From: a virus
Taxonomy: Duplodnaviria > Heunggongvirae > Uroviricota > Caudoviricetes
IMG/VR virus record: IMGVR_UViG_2585427773_000003
DNA length: 64,000 nt
Reading direction: 5' to 3' (one strand)
The notes beneath the pieces were generated by a model that ran no database searches, was not told where the DNA came from, and saw only the letters and a list, made by a program, of their open reading frames with translations. Both the position numbers and the translations under genes were made by a program. This document shows positions 38,791 to 47,474 of this stretch, in pieces (the first letter of the stretch is position 1; each line of letters starts with the position of its first letter).

Positions 38791-39315
38791 ATGACAACCA
38801 AAGATATTACCTACGGTATCCAAGCTGAACTCTGGCCGCGAGATTACACTAACGTTGAAAAACTACTGATGTTCTGGCGCAGAGAACAAATTCCTGTAAG
38901 GGTCACTCTCGAAGATGGCCAGGCGTTTTGCATGTACGTTTATGGCCTCATGCCATCTCGTAACAAAGTTGACCTTTGCCCAGCCCCTTTTGACAAAGAA
39001 AATCGTATAAGGCTCCCACTTGAACGCATTAGTACAATTGAATCAGGTGTGGTTGACAGTATCGCTCACGATTTCAAAGGTCGACTAACAGTTCACCCTG
39101 ATTATGTCGATAATCGGCCATCACGCCGCGATTTTTTTGCAATTTGCAACCAAGCCTACAAAGCAAACAAATCTATAAGGGTGTACATGGCGGATGGCCG
39201 TGAAATTGAGGGGGTGTCAGCAGGTGCAGATGCTTGTCAGGTTACACTACGTGTCGAGAACGGTAGAAAAATAGTTGTTTTGTTCGATTGGGTTGAACGA
39301 ATTTTGCCTTTTTGA
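38791..39315 (+). CDS. Hypothetical protein
   Basis: 174 aa ORF, ATG 5 nt after lipoprotein stop. Confidence 0.4.
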   Translation: MTTKDITYGIQAELWPRDYTNVEKLLMFWRREQIPVRVTLEDGQAFCMYVYGLMPSRNKVDLCPAPFDKENRIRLPLERISTIESGVVDSIAHDFKGRLTVHPDYVDNRPSRRDFFAICNQAYKANKSIRVYMADGREIEGVSAGADACQVTLRVENGRKIVVLFDWVERILPF

Positions 39316-39318
39316 GTT

Positions 39319-39627
39319 ATGAAATCGATATTGTTACCACCATTATTTTTACTTTGCTCAGTTGCAGCAAATGCAATGGACTATAAGCCTGTCATTCAGT
39401 CGCTGATGAATGACGTGTGCTCAACGTCTCAGAATGTATCAGTTTGCATGTATCAATTTTCGGCAGCCGTAAAAGCAGGAAAAGCGATAGGCGAGAATGT
39501 GGAACTGTGTAAGAAAGTGGCAAATGAAGAACGGGCAATGTTGGATTGCGAATCTAGCGAGTCATCGGCACAGTTCGTTGATGCGCTATTTGACACCAAT
39601 CGTAAGGCTGTAGAGTCTGTTCAATAA
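39319..39627 (+). CDS. Secreted/periplasmic small protein
   Basis: N-terminal signal peptide MKSILLPPLFLLCSVAANA. Confidence 0.45.
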   Translation: MKSILLPPLFLLCSVAANAMDYKPVIQSLMNDVCSTSQNVSVCMYQFSAAVKAGKAIGENVELCKKVANEERAMLDCESSESSAQFVDALFDTNRKAVESVQ

Positions 39628-39642
39628 ATCTATAAGGTTAAT

Positions 39643-39669
39643 AACCGGCTAAGTCCGGTTATTATTTTT
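39643..39669 (+). terminator. Rho-independent terminator
   Basis: Stem aaccgg/ccggtt followed by attattttt. Confidence 0.6.
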
Positions 39670-39817
39670 CACATCACTTCTTTATATCTACAAATCAAAT
39701 AACCTAAATATATATAAGGTCTAAAGCCGCAATCGATTATTTATTTAGGGAACACCTTCGACGATCTCGCTTTTATTTCTAGGACTTTCATCCCTGCAAA
39801 AAATTTTAAAAAAACAC

Positions 39818-39846
39818 TTGCAATCTTTTTTCGTATATCGATAATT
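39818..39846 (+). promoter_or_regulatory. Near-consensus sigma70-type promoter with upstream A/T tract
   Basis: TTGCAA-17 bp-ATAATT, preceded by aaaaaattttaaaaaaa UP-like element. Confidence 0.55.
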
Positions 39847-39910
39847 GAACTCGTCGAAAGCGAAGACGCTAACGACAATAAATTTTAAATTTACATAAGG
39901 AAAAATCATC

Positions 39911-40561
39911 ATGGCTAACATTATCATTTCTAAAAAATCCATCGTTGAAGCTGCTTCCATTGTATCCGATGAACTGCGCGAAAAAGCAGATCTGGCAACT
40001 CAAACATATAACGAACATTATAAAAATGGTACGCACACTAAAGCAGACAAAGCAAATATGCAAGCTGCGACCACTAAACTAGCTTACTTCATCAACAACG
40101 TTGTAAACGCTGTAGAAGACGAAAAATTGTGCTCTGTTTTCTACTATGCGATTAAAGCAAGCAAACAAGCGCCAGAAGTATTTTTTCGTGATGCAATGAC
40201 TAATAGTTATTCTCTGGAAAAACTGGTTTATCTGGTTAAATCAATTAAATCTGGTAAATGCATTTATTCCATCGCTGATATGTCTGGATCTCGTGTATTC
40301 GCTTTAATCGATATGATTAACGACGAGATCGACACGTTCACCAATGGCGCTGTTTTCGATTTAATGAATGAAGCTAAAAAAGCGTGTGAAATTAAATTGG
40401 ACGCTGGCTATACTCAAGCCAACCAGTTGATCAATCTTTGCGAACGTCTCGGACTTGTTGAAAAAGTCAAAGGAGCTGGGAGCGCCAAAGCTGGTACACA
40501 GCAATATCGCTTTATCAAGAATGATTTCTACAATTATTTAGCTGATGCTTTTAAAGCGTAA
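39911..40561 (+). CDS. Hypothetical protein (moron gene 1)
   Basis: 216 aa; AT-rich with codon usage unlike neighbouring genes; RBS aagga. Confidence 0.5.
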   Translation: MANIIISKKSIVEAASIVSDELREKADLATQTYNEHYKNGTHTKADKANMQAATTKLAYFINNVVNAVEDEKLCSVFYYAIKASKQAPEVFFRDAMTNSYSLEKLVYLVKSIKSGKCIYSIADMSGSRVFALIDMINDEIDTFTNGAVFDLMNEAKKACEIKLDAGYTQANQLINLCERLGLVEKVKGAGSAKAGTQQYRFIKNDFYNYLADAFKA

Positions 40562-40609
40562 TTAATGGAATCAAGCGCCCACAATGGGCGCTTTAAAGGA
40601 GCTTTAAAG

Positions 40610-40813
40610 ATGGTCAGCTATGACAAGATCCGCGCAGAATATCGCGCAAATTATCGCGCTTATAAACTGGAATTAATCGACGATTTGATCGCGCAACGCG
40701 ACCAATTAAATTTTACGTTTTCTGATTTGCTTAACAGCAAGCGAGATTGCAAGCGCAAACGTGAATACTTACGCTTAAGCGCATTAATCGGAAAACTTCA
40801 AAATTCTATTTAA
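40610..40813 (+). CDS. Hypothetical small protein (moron gene 2)
   Basis: 67 aa; RBS aaggag; preceded by intergenic hairpin agcgcccacaatgggcgct. Confidence 0.45.
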   Translation: MVSYDKIRAEYRANYRAYKLELIDDLIAQRDQLNFTFSDLLNSKRDCKRKREYLRLSALIGKLQNSI

Positions 40814-40834
40814 TTTTTTTTAAGGAGCTTAATC

Positions 40835-41065
40835 ATGTTTGTTCTTATCGCTGGCGTTAACGTCCATAATGAATATTATGTTAATCGCATCGCTGGGATC
40901 GCTGGTTACGCTGGGCGCGTAGTCGAGCTTATAGATGAAACGACGCGCAAAATTGACTTATTGAGCGACCAGGAGCGAAAAAAAGCAGACGTGAACGACG
41001 CTGATCTATTTTTAATGTTAAAAGCGTTCGTAGAAATGGGATTTAAAATCAGTTTACACAAATAA
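40835..41065 (+). CDS. Hypothetical small protein (moron gene 3)
   Basis: 76 aa; RBS taaggag. Confidence 0.45.
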   Translation: MFVLIAGVNVHNEYYVNRIAGIAGYAGRVVELIDETTRKIDLLSDQERKKADVNDADLFLMLKAFVEMGFKISLHK

Positions 41066-41070
41066 AATCG

Positions 41071-41096
41071 AGCGCCCACTATGGGCGCTTTTTTCG
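41071..41096 (+). terminator. Rho-independent terminator
   Basis: agcgcccactatgggcgct hairpin plus tttttt. Confidence 0.7.
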
Positions 41097-41115
41097 TTTC
41101 CAATACTTCCACAAT

Positions 41116-41141
41116 AACGCGCCATCAATGGCGCGTTTTTT
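41116..41141 (+). terminator. Second tandem terminator
   Basis: aacgcgccatcaatggcgcgtt hairpin plus ttttt. Confidence 0.6.
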
Positions 41142-41539
41142 ATTGTCTTTAACTCACTCCAACAACATAAAAATAAGCGCCAAAATAACGCCATAGACGC
41201 GCTTTTATATCCTTGCCAGTACATACCCATTACTTAACACATTAACGCGCTTAAAACGCGTTATAGCGCATAGTTAATCATTGGCTTTTAGTCTTGCTTT
41301 ATGATCCGCGTTTATTTGTCGGTGCGGATCGGTATTTTGTTTTGTTCTGTATCCGCTCGCGTATTATGTGCGCGTGATTTTTCACATAATCACACCACTT
41401 AATCACGTATGTGATTATGCTACGAAAGAAATCTGGATGTCTCAGGTGACGAAAGTCATCATAATTTTCCCCGCTCACCTGTCCGACAACCGCTGGTTGG
41501 ATTCCACCAGCTTCCCGATGTTTTTTTCTACACAAAGGC

Positions 41540-41665
41540 AAATGCAGCCGTTTCCCGAAAAAATCCTGGCCGTTCCCCGTCGGCTCATGAATACGTTCCT
41601 CGCCGCTTCTGAAAATTTCCCTGCGGCAGCTGGTGGCTATAGAGAAAGGGCCGTTTCTGGCCCTC
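41540..41665. repeat. Iteron-like direct repeats, cluster A
   Basis: Repeated GCCGTTTCCCGAAAA-like units at about 20-bp spacing. Confidence 0.45.
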
Positions 41666-41672
41666 TTCTCAG

Positions 41673-42155
41673 TTACACGCCATCAAGGATGTGGATGCGG
41701 TTGCTTGCGTATACATTCAGCATAAAGTTAGCGCAAAACAGTTTCCATGTATCAACGCCAGCGGTATACGTAATGTTTTTGCATTTAATTGCATTGTTGG
41801 CGATCCGCATCCCCTGCGATACTGCTTCATCGTCGGAAAATTTGAACGACGATTGAGTTTTAATCCAGACAGAAATCTGCGTAGCGAACTCAATCAGCTT
41901 GGACTGGCAGAATCGCCCGGAGCGCACCGGAAAGACGAACGTTCCGAATCCAGAATTTACCACATACGCTTTCTCAAATACCCGCGAGTAACGACGATTG
42001 CCAATGATGTCGCGTGCAATAATGCATTTTTCTTGTGCTGACAGTTCTACCGTCTCATTGTCGCGCCATGCACCAAGTACTCGTTTTTCAATGTCAGAGA
42101 ACGTTACAGCGATATTGCCATGTGCGGGTGCGTTTACAGTAGCGATAAAATTCAT
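41673..42155 (-). CDS. Hypothetical protein
   Basis: 160 aa ORF; operator-like motif 42177-42189 just upstream. Confidence 0.45.
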   Translation of the reverse strand: MNFIATVNAPAHGNIAVTFSDIEKRVLGAWRDNETVELSAQEKCIIARDIIGNRRYSRVFEKAYVVNSGFGTFVFPVRSGRFCQSKLIEFATQISVWIKTQSSFKFSDDEAVSQGMRIANNAIKCKNITYTAGVDTWKLFCANFMLNVYASNRIHILDGV

Positions 42156-42359
42156 GATTAATTCCTTATCGTAAATAACAAATTGTTTTCTTGTTGGTGT
42201 TAATTATCGTTGTACGAATAAGGCGTCAAAGTGGAAAGTTGCGGTAGCCGGACGGGAACAGGTGGGTTTGTCGGTTGCCTGGAGGTAAGAGGTTGGTGTT
42301 TTTAGCCTGCGGGAAACAAGATGGTCATTTAAGGCCACCAATGCTGATGGCCTTAATAA

Positions 42360-42503
42360 TTATCGCACGATTACGCTAAGGATCTTTTCCTCAACTGATT
42401 TGTTGTTGCGACTAAACTGCCTTGCGTATCTGATGACAGAAGAGGCGTTTTGCTTTCTGACCATCTCGGCTCTTTCCTTCAGGCGTTTCTTGAAATCGCC
42501 CAT
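42360..42503 (-). CDS. Possible small basic protein (47 aa)
   Basis: ATG at 42503, basic composition; below ORF-track size cut-off. Confidence 0.2.
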   Translation of the reverse strand: MGDFKKRLKERAEMVRKQNASSVIRYARQFSRNNKSVEEKILSVIVR

Positions 42504-42505
42504 AT

Positions 42506-42880
42506 TTACCACCAGGCGCAGAAGGTCAGTCTGTTATTGTGAAAGTCGTGGTTCTTAATCAGATCTTCCACAAGCTCTTTCAACTGCCCCACATCATGCC
42601 AGTAACCTTCATCGTACTCCTGACTGCCGAAGAAAAAACCTTCCCGGGTAGGCAAGTACTCTTCGCAATTACTTTCGTTTATGTGCATCAAATGAGCCTT
42701 CAGAAAACAAATGTCATTCATCGTTAATTCTAAAAGCTCACAATTTTCGACTTCACCTACGTTGCGCTCCATCCACCCAACGAGCGCATTGAACTTACGG
42801 AAGTAAGCAACCTGCTTTCTGGATGCCTCGTTATTCAGATCGTTTTTAGGTTGTGTCTCGATATAGATATCAAGTCCCAT
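42506..42880 (-). CDS. Hypothetical protein
   Basis: ORF starting MGLDIYIETQ. Confidence 0.4.
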   Translation of the reverse strand: MGLDIYIETQPKNDLNNEASRKQVAYFRKFNALVGWMERNVGEVENCELLELTMNDICFLKAHLMHINESNCEEYLPTREGFFFGSQEYDEGYWHDVGQLKELVEDLIKNHDFHNNRLTFCAWW

Positions 42881-42997
42881 GATGGTTTCCTTATTAAGTT
42901 GCTTCAGTGAAATCATTTTCACAAATCAGATAAGGCAGAAAACAAATTGTTATCGGGCTTAATAAAATGGCGCGGTTTACGCGCCATTTAAAGAGGA

Positions 42998-43393
42998 TTA
43001 AGCGAATACGCTTTCAGGGATTAAGGTGTCGGCAGGAATGCCAGAGGTAATGCGCAGGCCGTACTGACCAATCCAGGTAGTGTTGGTATTCAGGTTGGAG
43101 GCGAATACGGTGTTAACCATATTCATCATGGTTTCAAACACCTCTTCATCAACCTGGCGGAAGTAGTTCTCGATTTTCAGCAGCAGCGGGTCAGTTGCAT
43201 CGAAAATAGACTGGTATTGAGTCGCGTACTCGCCGCCGGAGGCATCACCTTTACGCACGATCGTACTGGCCTGGACTTCGGCACCAGTTTCGGTGTTGTA
43301 CGTAACAACGGTGATTTTTGCCACATTCTTACCTTCGGCGGTTTCAGAGGCATAGTAAACATCAACTGTCAGTTTTTCGCGTTTAACGGTCAT
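42998..43393 (-). CDS. Hypothetical protein
   Basis: ATG at 43393 with RBS ggagag; palindrome 43437-43452 upstream. Confidence 0.45.
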   Translation of the reverse strand: MTVKREKLTVDVYYASETAEGKNVAKITVVTYNTETGAEVQASTIVRKGDASGGEYATQYQSIFDATDPLLLKIENYFRQVDEEVFETMMNMVNTVFASNLNTNTTWIGQYGLRITSGIPADTLIPESVFA

Positions 43394-43436
43394 TTCACTC
43401 TCCGTAGTGTTTTGGTTATTTTTATATTCTATGATA

Positions 43437-43452
43437 GTAAGTATGTACTTAC
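43437..43452. promoter_or_regulatory. Palindrome GTAAGTAtgTACTTAC
   Basis: 44-59 bp upstream of start at 43393. Confidence 0.45.
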
Positions 43453-43455
43453 AAT

Positions 43456-43486
43456 ACAAAAAAGCCCCGTAAGGATGGCGGGGCTG
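43456..43486 (-). terminator. Rho-independent terminator
   Basis: Stem agccccg/cggggct, T-tract on minus strand. Confidence 0.6.
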
Positions 43487-43519
43487 TCGTACTGTCGACT
43501 AATTGCCACTTGCACATTA

Positions 43520-43831
43520 TCAGGCTATTGCCATCACTGATGCTCTCTGAATCTCTTGCTGGGCCACGCGGTTAACTTCCATCAAAGCCAGTTCGAGCTG
43601 ATGTTCCGGCCACATTCTTTGAAATGCCACCCAGCCTTTTCCACGCTGGCGACGAACATTCATTACATAACGAGTAAAGGTGTTTTTATCGAAAGACACC
43701 GCTGTTTCACGGAACAGACGAATAGAGGTTCCATTGGCAACGATGTCCAGCAAAGTTAATTGAGCAACCAGCGCAGGCTTCTCTTTTCTCTTCTGGTCTT
43801 TGTCCAGACCAAGAACCAATGATTTTTTCAT
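43520..43831 (-). CDS. Hypothetical protein
   Basis: ORF with RBS ggag; conserved 65-bp upstream module (43843-43905) paralogous to 44327-44395. Confidence 0.45.
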   Translation of the reverse strand: MKKSLVLGLDKDQKRKEKPALVAQLTLLDIVANGTSIRLFRETAVSFDKNTFTRYVMNVRRQRGKGWVAFQRMWPEHQLELALMEVNRVAQQEIQRASVMAIA

Positions 43832-43984
43832 TACAACTCCGTAAACAACTTGTTTTCTCAATGGCGTAAATAATACCAGTAAGAAAACGGCTACAAAGCA
43901 TATTGATCAGGTGCATGAGCGATATGCAGGTTCTTCCCTGCGGCTATAGAGAAATTAAGCCAGCATTGCTGGCTTTGGTTGGGG

Positions 43985-44314
43985 TTACTCGAATACTTCA
44001 AGAAACTCCTGAACGTCCCAATGCTGGACGAGGTGAAGATAGACCTTAGAAATCACGTCATTTTCGCTATCGCATGTGAAGTAGTACTTCTGGCTGCGGT
44101 TGTATGTGTCCACACAAAATTCGCTCATATCCATAAAGTCAGCATCTTCACCCAGGTCGCTGATCATCAAAGCAGGTGCGTCATCACGAGTCATCAGTTC
44201 CAGCACCCATCTTGAATTGATCAGAGTGGAAGACCAACCTTCTAACTCATAAAACTGATCAAACTCTTTTTGAGTTAATTTCTTGATTTGGTTGATGTCG
44301 ATATTTGTAAACAT
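43985..44314 (-). CDS. Hypothetical protein
   Basis: ATG 44314 with RBS aagga. Confidence 0.45.
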   Translation of the reverse strand: MFTNIDINQIKKLTQKEFDQFYELEGWSSTLINSRWVLELMTRDDAPALMISDLGEDADFMDMSEFCVDTYNRSQKYYFTCDSENDVISKVYLHLVQHWDVQEFLEVFE

Positions 44315-44452
44315 AAAGCAATCCTTAAACATGTTGTTTTCTGAATTGCGTAAACAATACCAGTAAGAAAACGGCCACAAAGTATATCGTTACGGTGTTG
44401 CGCTGCCCGGAGGTTAATAGCGACAAAAGCCACCGTGCTGGTGGCCTCACTC

Positions 44453-44671
44453 TTAATCTTCGTCGCCCGGGAACTCGCTGTGTACCGCGTCCACCAGCTC
44501 CCGCTTTTCATCTTCACTCAGCAGGTGCCAGATATCCTTCCCTTTGGGCGATTCCCCTTCTGCCGGGACGAACGACCACAACTTGCGGTACAACTCCGGC
44601 CCCACTGCATCCAGACACTCAGCCAGGGAATCCACGCCCCACACCTCAACCGTCACAGGCATCTTAATCAT
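44453..44671 (-). CDS. Hypothetical small acidic protein
   Basis: 72 aa; operator-like motif 44704-44718 upstream. Confidence 0.4.
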   Translation of the reverse strand: MIKMPVTVEVWGVDSLAECLDAVGPELYRKLWSFVPAEGESPKGKDIWHLLSEDEKRELVDAVHSEFPGDED

Positions 44672-45049
44672 CTCTTCATCCTCACTTCGTTTATATAACG
44701 TCTAAACATGTTGTTTACTTGTTGGTGTTATTATCGCAATAAGACAAAGGCGGAAAAGGATTTTATTCCGGTGAATGTGGTTTTGGCAGTGAGTTTTCAG
44801 GTTCAGTACCGAGTACACTTTTTACATTATTCTGATTTAGTGGCCGAATGTGGCTGGTGGCAGAGTAATCCTCTCCCCAAAAACCTACTGAAATCGATTG
44901 TGACCCGTTGGCTGTCTGGCACAATTACGCTGTAGCTGGGCATTCAGAGGGAATCCAGCGGTAAGCAAGTCCGCCTACGTGAGCGCCTCTCTTCTTCCCG
45001 CACATTACAGGTGGGTAGCCGCAACTCTCCCTCTCGCTATACCGGTACG

Positions 45050-45190
45050 CCACCGTTCCTGAGCCGGCATCGAGCCTTTTCCCGAAATCCACACAGGCAA
45101 CTCGACCGTTTCCCTGAAAACCTCCAGCCGTTCCCCGAAGGCAACCCAGCCGTTTCTGTAGCGGGATGCAGCCTTTTCCCTGTATGGACC
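45050..45190. repeat. Iteron-like direct repeats, cluster B
   Basis: Six units resembling (A/C)GCCGTTYCCCKGAA at about 21-23 bp periodicity. Confidence 0.5.
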
Positions 45191-45239
45191 GAAGGCTGAC
45201 CGTAGGGGTGTTACGGGGGGATAAAATCAGGAGTTGAAT

Positions 45240-46230
45240 AAATACGAAAAAGGAGGCGACACCCCTCCTTCCCTCCCCACTTATACATACCTGGCTTCTT
45301 CGCTATACATGTTGTGTTTTATCTGTCTCAACCTCTCTATAGGCGTTAATGCTCACTCCTTCCAGAATGTTCTATACGGCGACTATTTCTGTTGGTGAAT
45401 TGGGTGTGTTGTTTTCTCTGTCGGTGTATGTGGTTTCGTTCGTTTTGCGGTGGTTCTTCTATGGGGTGTTCTCGTCGTTTTGGTGATTGTTCTTCTCCGT
45501 GTATGGAGTAATGGCAGGTGGGCGATTCCTTTCGTTATTGTGTTTGAGTTGTTTGTCTGGAGTGTGTGAAAGGCTTTTGTAGTTATTCGTGTATTGGGTA
45601 ATGGCGTTTCCCGTGATTGTTATGCTTCGAGTCTTTTGGGATTGAGAGAATCCTTGCGGTTACAGGCTTCGTTGGGGTTTCAGTGATTCTGGTGTTTCTT
45701 CGCTGTTTGGGGAATGGCGTGTCGTGGGTATCGCGCGTATGAATGTTTTCGGATTGCCTGTGAAAGTTAGGTTGGTTGTCCGGTAGCCTGGGGAGAAGAG
45801 GTGGGTCTTTTCGGTAGCCTGCCATAAAGAGGTTGGTTGTTTTGGGTAATGGCATATGTGTTATTTAGTTGTTTTGTTATACCTGAAAATATGTTGTTTA
45901 TATGGTTGTGTAACGCAACGGGAGCGATTTTGAGCGTGTGTTTTTGTTGGTAGTGTGTTGAGTCGTCTGTGGTGAAAATTGGACTCTGTGGCGCTGTCTG
46001 CTGCGTAGAGTTACGGGTATAAGCAGTGATGTGTGAAAACGTCAATTTTTTAGACCAAATCGGGTGAAAGCGTTGATGTTTCGTTGATCTGTTATTCAGT
46101 TGTTTTCTTGATTGTATAAACAACTATAACTTATTGATATTTAAGGATGTGATTGCAGGTATTGAAGGGGAGTAGTGGCGATCAACGGATTCTTATAGAA
46201 AAGAATCAAATTGTGACCGCCATTATCAAT
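45240..46230. other. GT-skewed non-coding tract with dispersed repeats
   Basis: Strong G+T bias on plus strand; repeated GGGTAATGGC-like units about 100 bp apart; ORFs here are low-complexity and implausible. Confidence 0.5.
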
Positions 46231-46233
46231 GTT

Positions 46234-46968
46234 TTACTTAGTTTTGTTTAGCAGAGAGAGAATTTCATCACTAATTTCACTCGCCTGTTTGATAGCCAAT
46301 GCAGTTACCTCTTCTATGGTTGGTGACTGTTGATGCTCATGTTTGGTTTCAGTTATGACAATGTGTTCTTCACCTGAATTTGCGCATAGTGCCGCATTGA
46401 CTATAAGGTTTGAGTAAGAATTTAGCAGAGCACTGTTGATAAACGCTTTCACGGTATTACTGTCTGCACCAAATACATCTTTTCTGACCGCTTCAGCCTC
46501 ACAGCGAACCCCTGCAGCAACATCGTGAAGAACATGTATGGCCTTGGAGCTTGTTTGTTCACAGTACTCAATCATTATTGTCGAATTGTTCTGTTCAACA
46601 AACGATCTGATGCCTGACGATTTACCCATAGCATCGAAGGCAGCGTGACCCGCACTAGTAGAGATATCTTCATAGAGTTCTTCATCGCTATCTTTTTCTT
46701 CAGGTGTCGAGGTGTCTTCATCGTCGTAATAGATATTGCCTTTAATCAGTGTCTTGGACACTTGATATAAACAATAAGAAACGAGATTTAAGCATTGGAT
46801 TTTAGCTGTATTGTCCTTTGTCGCCTCGCTATTCAGTTCTTTCGCTTCTTCAGTAAGGCTGTTGATAAGACTTTGTATTTTTTCCAACGCGTTAGGTGCA
46901 CACTCCGCGTTGTCCATAAAGAATTTATAACCAGTCCCAGGGATTTCTAAACTTTTCAACTTTTTCAT
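46234..46968 (-). CDS. Hypothetical protein
   Basis: 244 aa ORF. Confidence 0.45.
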   Translation of the reverse strand: MKKLKSLEIPGTGYKFFMDNAECAPNALEKIQSLINSLTEEAKELNSEATKDNTAKIQCLNLVSYCLYQVSKTLIKGNIYYDDEDTSTPEEKDSDEELYEDISTSAGHAAFDAMGKSSGIRSFVEQNNSTIMIEYCEQTSSKAIHVLHDVAAGVRCEAEAVRKDVFGADSNTVKAFINSALLNSYSNLIVNAALCANSGEEHIVITETKHEHQQSPTIEEVTALAIKQASEISDEILSLLNKTK

Positions 46969-47013
46969 TTCTTTGATAATCCTAAAAACAAACTACCAAT
47001 GCTTTAACATCTG

Positions 47014-47322
47014 TTACCAGTTCCAGCACTCAAGCCCTTCAACGACCGGCGCACCACAATCAAAATGTACAGAGTCAAAGCCTACATCAAGTACTTTCTG
47101 AATGTTAGCAATCGCGCCTTCGGATATACCATATCGACGCAAGTCCTCTTTCCAGACATCATCCTGTAACCCAGCGTGGACAATACAACCGCCGTCAATT
47201 TGTGAAACCCAATCCAGCTCATTGCTTGCGATCATGAATCGGCGAGCATCTTCCTCTGATGTATGAGATGAACTGATCAATGCCACCTGGTAGGCTTGGG
47301 TAATGTTCAACATTTCAACCAC
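47014..47322 (-). CDS. Hypothetical protein
   Basis: 102 aa ORF. Confidence 0.4.
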   Translation of the reverse strand: MVEMLNITQAYQVALISSSHTSEEDARRFMIASNELDWVSQIDGGCIVHAGLQDDVWKEDLRRYGISEGAIANIQKVLDVGFDSVHFDCGAPVVEGLECWNW

Positions 47323-47326
47323 TCCG

Positions 47327-47391
47327 AAACAATTTGTTTTCTTATGTGGCTTATTATCTCAATCAATAAAAGGTAGAAAACAAATTGTTTT
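47327..47391. promoter_or_regulatory. Two operator-like palindromes AAACAAtTTGTTTT / AAAACAAaTTGTTTT
   Basis: Immediately upstream of gene starting at 47322. Confidence 0.5.
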
Positions 47392-47428
47392 AGGGTTTGT
47401 TAAAGTCAGAAGGGGTTGTGTCTATATG

Positions 47429-47452
47429 AAAATGCCCAGCGTATTGCTGGGC
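47429..47452 (-). terminator. Rho-independent terminator of metG
   Basis: Stem gcccagc/gctgggc followed by T-tract on minus strand, 23 bp after metG stop. Confidence 0.7.
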
Positions 47453-47474
47453 ATTGTGAAGAATGGTTGCTTAA

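Noticed and set aside
41368-41856. 162-aa plus-strand ORF across the iteron-like cluster
   Set aside because: Spans hairpins and repeats, overlaps the 3' end of a minus-strand gene, and has no RBS; likely spurious.
45583-46123. ORFs of 90 and 118 aa in the GT-skewed tract
   Set aside because: Translations are N/T/P/Q/H-rich low complexity with no start context; the region looks non-coding and repeat-rich.
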